Shown one piece after another: positions 58,823-64,000 of a stretch of 64,000 nt of DNA. The number at the start of each line of letters is the position of its first letter. The first letter of the stretch is position 1. The position numbers and the translations under genes are program-made. Under the pieces are notes generated by a model, which saw only the letters and a list, made by a program, of their open reading frames with translations, had not been told where the DNA came from and did no database searches. The stretch is from Nitrospinaceae bacterium. GTDB lineage: Bacteria > Nitrospinota > Nitrospinia > Nitrospinales > Nitrospinaceae. The stretch spans positions 128,001-192,000 of the forward strand of contig OZ250172.1 of assembly GCA_965237905.1 (NCBI GenBank), given 5' to 3'.

Positions 58823-59494
58823 ATGCGAATCAAGTCAGTTCCATTTTTTTTGTTGTGTGTTTGCCTCCATACCACTTTTGCCGGAACCGCGTGGAGCCAG
58901 ACACAAATCCAAACGTGCCATAGCGAATTGTCTCCTCTGAAAAAAACCAAGAACGCGATTATTGAAGAGGGTGGCATGTGGGGACTTTTTGAACGCTATA
59001 AGGAACTCCGTGAGGAATCCAGCAAAGCCATACAGTTGGATTCCAAAATTCAACAATTGGTTTGGCTGTTGAATTATCTATGCGAAACCGTTGAAGGGGT
59101 CCCTTTGAATGACTTGGCGGTCTACCTGACTGAAAACCTGAAAGAAAAAAGCAAGCCGCAGTTCAAGAAGGAACTTATCATCTTGGGGAAATCGGAAGCT
59201 GAAATTGATATCTGGTTCACTTTTTCGGATATATCCCTTAAGAACCAGATCAGAAAATTAAACGTGGAGACCCTTTACAATTCCATTCAAAAAGCGCTTC
59301 CGTTGATGCGCCAATACAAACGGTTGGCTGAAGAGATTGAGCAATCCCCAAATACAAAACAAGTTGAACGTGTGGGTACCCTCTATCGGGAAATTGAGCA
59401 ACTGGAGTCTTCAGATTCCTATTTAGTGCAGGCCTTGCTGGAAACATCCCAGGTACCGCATTGGGATATCGACGAAAGTACCGGCGGCTCCTGA
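58823..59494 (+). CDS. Exported hypothetical protein
   Basis: Signal peptide followed by a helical domain with two Cys. No known motif. Confidence 0.7.
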   Translation: MRIKSVPFFLLCVCLHTTFAGTAWSQTQIQTCHSELSPLKKTKNAIIEEGGMWGLFERYKELREESSKAIQLDSKIQQLVWLLNYLCETVEGVPLNDLAVYLTENLKEKSKPQFKKELIILGKSEAEIDIWFTFSDISLKNQIRKLNVETLYNSIQKALPLMRQYKRLAEEIEQSPNTKQVERVGTLYREIEQLESSDSYLVQALLETSQVPHWDIDESTGGS

Positions 59495-59544
59495 CTTTAA
59501 ACAAACCGACTTGTAACACTACAAATCCAAACAGGGAGAAGGAC

Positions 59545-60345
59545 ATGGGAAATTTTCTAGTGATCGGCGGATCCGGGGTTATGGGCACTGCCGCGATACA
59601 GGCTGTACGGGAAGTCTTTGGCAAAGAAGCCAACATCGTTGCCAATTGGTATGGCAAGGAGGACACAGGCCTGAAAATAGAGAATGCCGACCACACCCTG
59701 TTCGGTGATGTGAGCGACCCTAAATGCCTGGAAGACATCAAGTCCAAGGCTATTGCTTACGATTATATATTTTACGCCACAGCCCTGGGGGATGTCGGTA
59801 TCCCCATTAAAAGTGCAACTCAGGAACAAATTGACCGCTCCAACCGGCTTTCCTTTGATCCTATTCCGATGCTGGAAGAGGCCCTGAATATTGGAGTGAT
59901 TGTTGCCTATTCGACGTTTTACGTGACACGCCACCAATTGGGAAGTTATGGAGCCATGGGTTATTCCAAAGAAGCGATTGAGAAATGGACTCTGGAAAGT
60001 GGAAAGTCCGGGCACGCCTGTATTCGGGCCGGTTTGTTTGAATCGCAATCTTCCCGTGGCATCAAACTTCTTTTGAGGAAAAATGCCAAGCACCTCGAAA
60101 CGATTGAAGATCCTCTGATTCGATCCTACTTTGAAAATGTAAGCACCAAGGAGGGTATCGACCGGTATCTTGAAGGCATCATCAATGAAGAAAAGGAACT
60201 GTTTGGAGACAGCCCCACTACGGCAAAAGACCTCTATAAAGCCCACTTAGAGTTGTTCAAGACGGATGATCCGAAATTCGTCAATGTCTGTGGGAAGAAA
60301 ATCTGGTTGACGGAGGACCCGCAGTTGATCAAGGATCATATTTAA
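59545..60345 (+). CDS. Divergent SDR oxidoreductase with FabI-like catalytic motifs
   Basis: GGSGVMG Rossmann motif, YGAMGYSK (YxxMxxxK) and IRAGLFESQSSRGI. AGGA RBS before ATG 59545. Confidence 0.65.
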   Translation: MGNFLVIGGSGVMGTAAIQAVREVFGKEANIVANWYGKEDTGLKIENADHTLFGDVSDPKCLEDIKSKAIAYDYIFYATALGDVGIPIKSATQEQIDRSNRLSFDPIPMLEEALNIGVIVAYSTFYVTRHQLGSYGAMGYSKEAIEKWTLESGKSGHACIRAGLFESQSSRGIKLLLRKNAKHLETIEDPLIRSYFENVSTKEGIDRYLEGIINEEKELFGDSPTTAKDLYKAHLELFKTDDPKFVNVCGKKIWLTEDPQLIKDHI

Positions 60346-60494
60346 GGCATACCGATCCAAAAAAACCGCTTTATCCGTTTGAAAGGATTGGCGCTAAGTG
60401 ATTAGAGCTATTGCTTTTATCAGGTGTTTGAAAGATAATACAATAAATCATTTGTTCTATTCTCATCAATTTTGGGTCAACCGTTTATATCCTC

Positions 60495-62189
60495 ATGGCA
60501 CAGCCGCAATCAGGAAAAACCACACCGGCCAAAACAGAAAAGGATTCCGTTTATACTTTTCTGACTTCTTCTAAAAACGCAGACAATCCTTATGTTGAAC
60601 ATCTGATTCAACAGATCAACCGACTGGCGGAAATCGGTCGGGCCCTTTCCGGGGAGTACGACCTCAATACCCTCTTGGAAAAAATTTGTGACGAAGTTCG
60701 CAAGTTCACCTATGCGGACGCCTGCACCCTTTATATCGCCAAAGAAAACCAGCTTCATATTACAATTTTCCAGAACCATACCATGCAAATTCGAATGGGA
60801 GGTAAGACCGGGGAGGAAATCAACATGCCGCCGGTCGATCTGGTCGAATCCAATGTATCCGCTTATGTCGCCCTTAAAGGAGTTTCGGTCAACATACCGG
60901 ATGTTTATGATACCGATTTGTTCGACTTCACAGGCCCCAAGGAATTCGACCAGGAAACCGGATACCATTCCACCTCCATGGTGGTCTGCCCGATGCGCAA
61001 CCATGAGAACGACATAATTGGAGTTCTGCAATTGGTCAACGCGCTTAATCCGGACACCGGTGAAGTCATTCCTTTTTCACCCGACTACGTCAGCCTAACC
61101 GAATCCCTGGCGTCCCAGGCCGCCGTATCCATCACCAATGCCCACCTGATCAACGATATGGAACACCTCTTTGAGTCTTTCGTAGAGGTCATGGCTACCG
61201 CCATCGATGAAAAATCCCCGATTACCGGAGGGCACATCCGCAGGGTGGCCAACTTGACGATGATCATGGCCGAAGAACTGCACAAAAATGACAAGCCTCC
61301 TTTCCAAAATATTCATTACACTCCGGAAAAATTTCATGAACTGCGGGTCGCCTCTTGGATGCACGATATCGGCAAAGTCACGACTCCGGTAGAAATCATA
61401 GAGAAAAGTAAAAAACTGGAAACCATCTTTGATCGGATTCAGTTTGTAGATCTGAGAATGCAATTCATCATGCAGAGTATCCAGTTGGAAGCGGCCCAGG
61501 CTCAATTAAAATTGATGCGTGACGGGAAACCCTCTGAAAAGATAAAAAAACTGGAAGAGAGCACGGCAAAAACTATCCAAGAGCTAAAAGAAATCCGGGA
61601 ATTTGTCATAAAATGCAACGAACCTTCCGAATTTTTGGAAGATGAATATATCGAACGCCTGCAAAAAATTGCCAAGAAAACTTACAAAGACGAACAGGGC
61701 AATGAGCAGCCCTTCCTAACTCCCGATGAACTCAAGAACCTGTCAATCCGCAAAGGAAGTATTAACGAGCAAGAGCGCCAAATAATGAAAAACCACGCTC
61801 AGATTACCTTGGACATGCTCGCTAAAATTCCTTTTACCAGGAAGCTTAAAAATATTCCCAACTTTGCCGGGGCGCACCACGAACACATTAATGGGTTGGG
61901 TTACCCTCTGGGACTTAAGGGTGAGGAAATTCCCTTTGAAGGGAAATTGATGGCGGTCACCGATATTGCAGAGGCTTTAACTGCCAAGGACCGGCCGTAT
62001 AAAAAAGCGATGCCCCTGGAACAAGTCTACAAAATTTTAAGAACGATGGTGGATAGAAATGAGCTAGACCGTGATCTGGTTGAGTTTTTTATCAACGAAA
62101 AAATATATGAACTGTATCAGGCAATACATGAAGCGCCCGACTCCGCCCAGCCTTCAAAAGCATCCCCCAAAAACAAAAAAGACCCCTAA
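60495..62189 (+). CDS. GAF + HD-GYP cyclic-dinucleotide phosphodiesterase
   Basis: GAF domain, MHDIGK, HHEHINGLGYP and EALTAKDRPYKK motifs. Confidence 0.92.
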   Translation: MAQPQSGKTTPAKTEKDSVYTFLTSSKNADNPYVEHLIQQINRLAEIGRALSGEYDLNTLLEKICDEVRKFTYADACTLYIAKENQLHITIFQNHTMQIRMGGKTGEEINMPPVDLVESNVSAYVALKGVSVNIPDVYDTDLFDFTGPKEFDQETGYHSTSMVVCPMRNHENDIIGVLQLVNALNPDTGEVIPFSPDYVSLTESLASQAAVSITNAHLINDMEHLFESFVEVMATAIDEKSPITGGHIRRVANLTMIMAEELHKNDKPPFQNIHYTPEKFHELRVASWMHDIGKVTTPVEIIEKSKKLETIFDRIQFVDLRMQFIMQSIQLEAAQAQLKLMRDGKPSEKIKKLEESTAKTIQELKEIREFVIKCNEPSEFLEDEYIERLQKIAKKTYKDEQGNEQPFLTPDELKNLSIRKGSINEQERQIMKNHAQITLDMLAKIPFTRKLKNIPNFAGAHHEHINGLGYPLGLKGEEIPFEGKLMAVTDIAEALTAKDRPYKKAMPLEQVYKILRTMVDRNELDRDLVEFFINEKIYELYQAIHEAPDSAQPSKASPKNKKDP

Positions 62190-62196
62190 GGGTCTT
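62179..62196. terminator. Possible bidirectional terminator hairpin
   Basis: AAGACCC-CTAA-GGGTCTT between convergent genes, with an A-run on the left side. Confidence 0.35.
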
Positions 62197-62242
62197 CTCT
62201 GCCTCTTCCGCAATATATTTTAACCGGCAAAAATTTAAATAA

Positions 62243-62494
62243 TTATTTTTTCTTGGGAACGTACCATCCAGTGCGCATATAAGAGTCATTCATTTTGACA
62301 TGCTCATCAATGCTGACGTTATCATTAGTGATTTTGGTGTCGGGTTCGTGATCGTCGTCGAATTTCTTTAATACTTTTTTAGTGGTTTTGTCGGACATCA
62401 TGACAGACCGCTTTTTGCGGGTACGGGTCGGCCTCCGGGATTGCTTTTCACGGAGTTCTTTAATTTCTCTACTGGACAACCCATCGATAACCAT
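62243..62494 (-). CDS. Small basic hypothetical protein
   Basis: 83-aa ATG ORF with a GAGG RBS, Lys/Arg-rich. Confidence 0.6.
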   Translation of the reverse strand: MVIDGLSSREIKELREKQSRRPTRTRKKRSVMMSDKTTKKVLKKFDDDHEPDTKITNDNVSIDEHVKMNDSYMRTGWYVPKKK

Positions 62495-62581
62495 AAAAGC
62501 CTCAATTTTTTCTTACTTTTTGCTTTATAATCCCAAAATGAAGTTACCGCTTTCATTTGATGAACTTATAATACCAAAACC

Positions 62582-63934
62582 ATGCCCATCAACCAATTAA
62601 AATCCCTATTTTCGGAGTCCGGCGTTCCGGAAAATCAGGCGCGGGAAGTGATCAATTCCATGGATCATTTCGATCTCGCCCGTCTCCTTCATCAACTCAC
62701 AATAGCTCAGAAAGTCCTTATTTTTCAATATCTTGACGATGATGTGGAACGGCAGGAACTACTCTATGAAACGGATCAGGAAAGCCGCAAGGAAATCAGT
62801 GATGCCCTGGGCCTGGATTTTATGGCGCCTTTTCTGGAAGGCATGCCTAAGGATGAAGCGGCGGATATTCTTCAGGAACAAGAACCCGAGGTCCAGGAAA
62901 AAATCCTGGGGCAAATGGTCCCTGATGAAGCCCAGACTCTCAAAAGCTTGATCCGGTATGAGGAACAAACGGCCGGAGGGATGATGACCCCGCATTATTA
63001 CCGGGTTGATCCGGATGAAATTGCGAGCGAAATTCTAACCAAAATGATTCGAAACCCGTCTAAAGATTCTGTGACCGATTTTTTCGTGGTGGGAACGGAT
63101 AATAAACTGGTAGGTTTTTTTACCTTGCGGGATTTACTGAATGTCCTGCCCAACGCCAAAGCCATCCAAATCATCCGGGAAGAAACACACAAAGTCCTGC
63201 TTGATGAGTCTTGTGAAAAAATCGCAAATCTGATGGACCACGAACATCTCAGTACCGTGCCCGTGGTTGACGAACAAAATACCATTCACGGAATCGTCAC
63301 ATTTGACGACGTCATTAGAGGACTCAAGCAAACGACCGATGATGAAATTTATACGATGGTGGGCGCCACGGAAACCGATTCCTTTGCCAAAAAAACCTCA
63401 AGCAAAATAGCCGCTCGTGCACCGTGGATCTTCACCACTTTCATCGGCGGAATGATCAGTGCTTTCATTTTAAAATCATTTGAAATTACCATAAGCGAGT
63501 TTACGGCCGTTATTTTCTTTATTCCATTTGTGCTTGGCCTCGCGGGAAATGTCGGAATTCAAGGGGCTACTGTCATCGTACGGGGACTGGCCACGGGGGA
63601 CATCCAAAGCGATAACCTGACTAGAGTTCTCAAAAGTGAAATTAAAGTAGGACTCTCCAACGGTATGATTTTTGGAACCATTTGCGGAGCGAGCATCGTA
63701 TTTTTCGCAGAGACCCTGTTAAACACCTCTCCGGCCCTGGGAATCACAGTCGGGTTGGGGATCATTTTGGCAGTGGCTACGGCGACCCTGATCGGTTCCT
63801 TCACTCCATTACTTTTCCTGAAATTGAAAATAGATCCGGCCATCAGTACGGGACCCATGGTTACGGTGATTAATGACATCATTGGATTGGCAATTTATCT
63901 GTTTACTGCAACTACGGTTTTTTCAATATTATAG
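62582..63934 (+). CDS. mgtE: Magnesium transporter MgtE
   Basis: MgtE N domain, CBS pair (TAGGMM), R.PW, GNVGIQ, DPA..TGP.VT..ND motifs. Confidence 0.93.
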   Translation: MPINQLKSLFSESGVPENQAREVINSMDHFDLARLLHQLTIAQKVLIFQYLDDDVERQELLYETDQESRKEISDALGLDFMAPFLEGMPKDEAADILQEQEPEVQEKILGQMVPDEAQTLKSLIRYEEQTAGGMMTPHYYRVDPDEIASEILTKMIRNPSKDSVTDFFVVGTDNKLVGFFTLRDLLNVLPNAKAIQIIREETHKVLLDESCEKIANLMDHEHLSTVPVVDEQNTIHGIVTFDDVIRGLKQTTDDEIYTMVGATETDSFAKKTSSKIAARAPWIFTTFIGGMISAFILKSFEITISEFTAVIFFIPFVLGLAGNVGIQGATVIVRGLATGDIQSDNLTRVLKSEIKVGLSNGMIFGTICGASIVFFAETLLNTSPALGITVGLGIILAVATATLIGSFTPLLFLKLKIDPAISTGPMVTVINDIIGLAIYLFTATTVFSIL

Positions 63935-64000
63935 GAATAGTCCTGTCTCGCTATTTGCACTAGGCCCAAAAACATTCTTGCAACCAGTAAAAAAACTTTA

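Overview
Gene-dense bacterial chromosomal window of mostly housekeeping genes. The mixed deltaproteobacterial-like gene content suggests a Nitrospina-like lineage, but this is inference only. It contains a TolC/MacA/ABC exporter operon, a pabB-pabC-like pair, bioF-(BioH-like esterase)-bioC, a DnaJ-class chaperone, a PyrR-attenuated pyrR-pyrB-pyrC-carA-X-carB operon, nth, two lytic transglycosylases, orphan flagellar genes, coaE, murJ, thrH, an M32 carboxypeptidase, an HD-GYP protein and mgtE. I found no rRNA, tRNA, CRISPR array, integrase or transposase. Two loci stand out. (1) A Fur-boxed iron-uptake operon (52.2-56.1 kb) where a cytochrome c-FTR1 permease and a PepSY-TM/beta-propeller protein both end in the same His/Cys-rich helical tail of about 43 aa that I cannot assign to a family; a half-ferritin gene lies upstream. 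(2) A variable cassette slot between the ferredoxin and pduO genes (14.7-16.9 kb) holding two cargo genes in tandem. The cargos are separated by fused, diverged copies of both flanking genes' 3' ends, joined at a GGCATG(C)GCC microhomology, and the first cargo is bracketed by 32-bp inverted palindromic elements. Other points of interest: a compact HglS/DUF1338-like enzyme paired with an FAD 2-hydroxyacid dehydrogenase, a MoxR ATPase with a YehM/degenerate-VWA-like partner, a large HPr-fusion protein, a divergent FabI-like reductase and a REP doublet.
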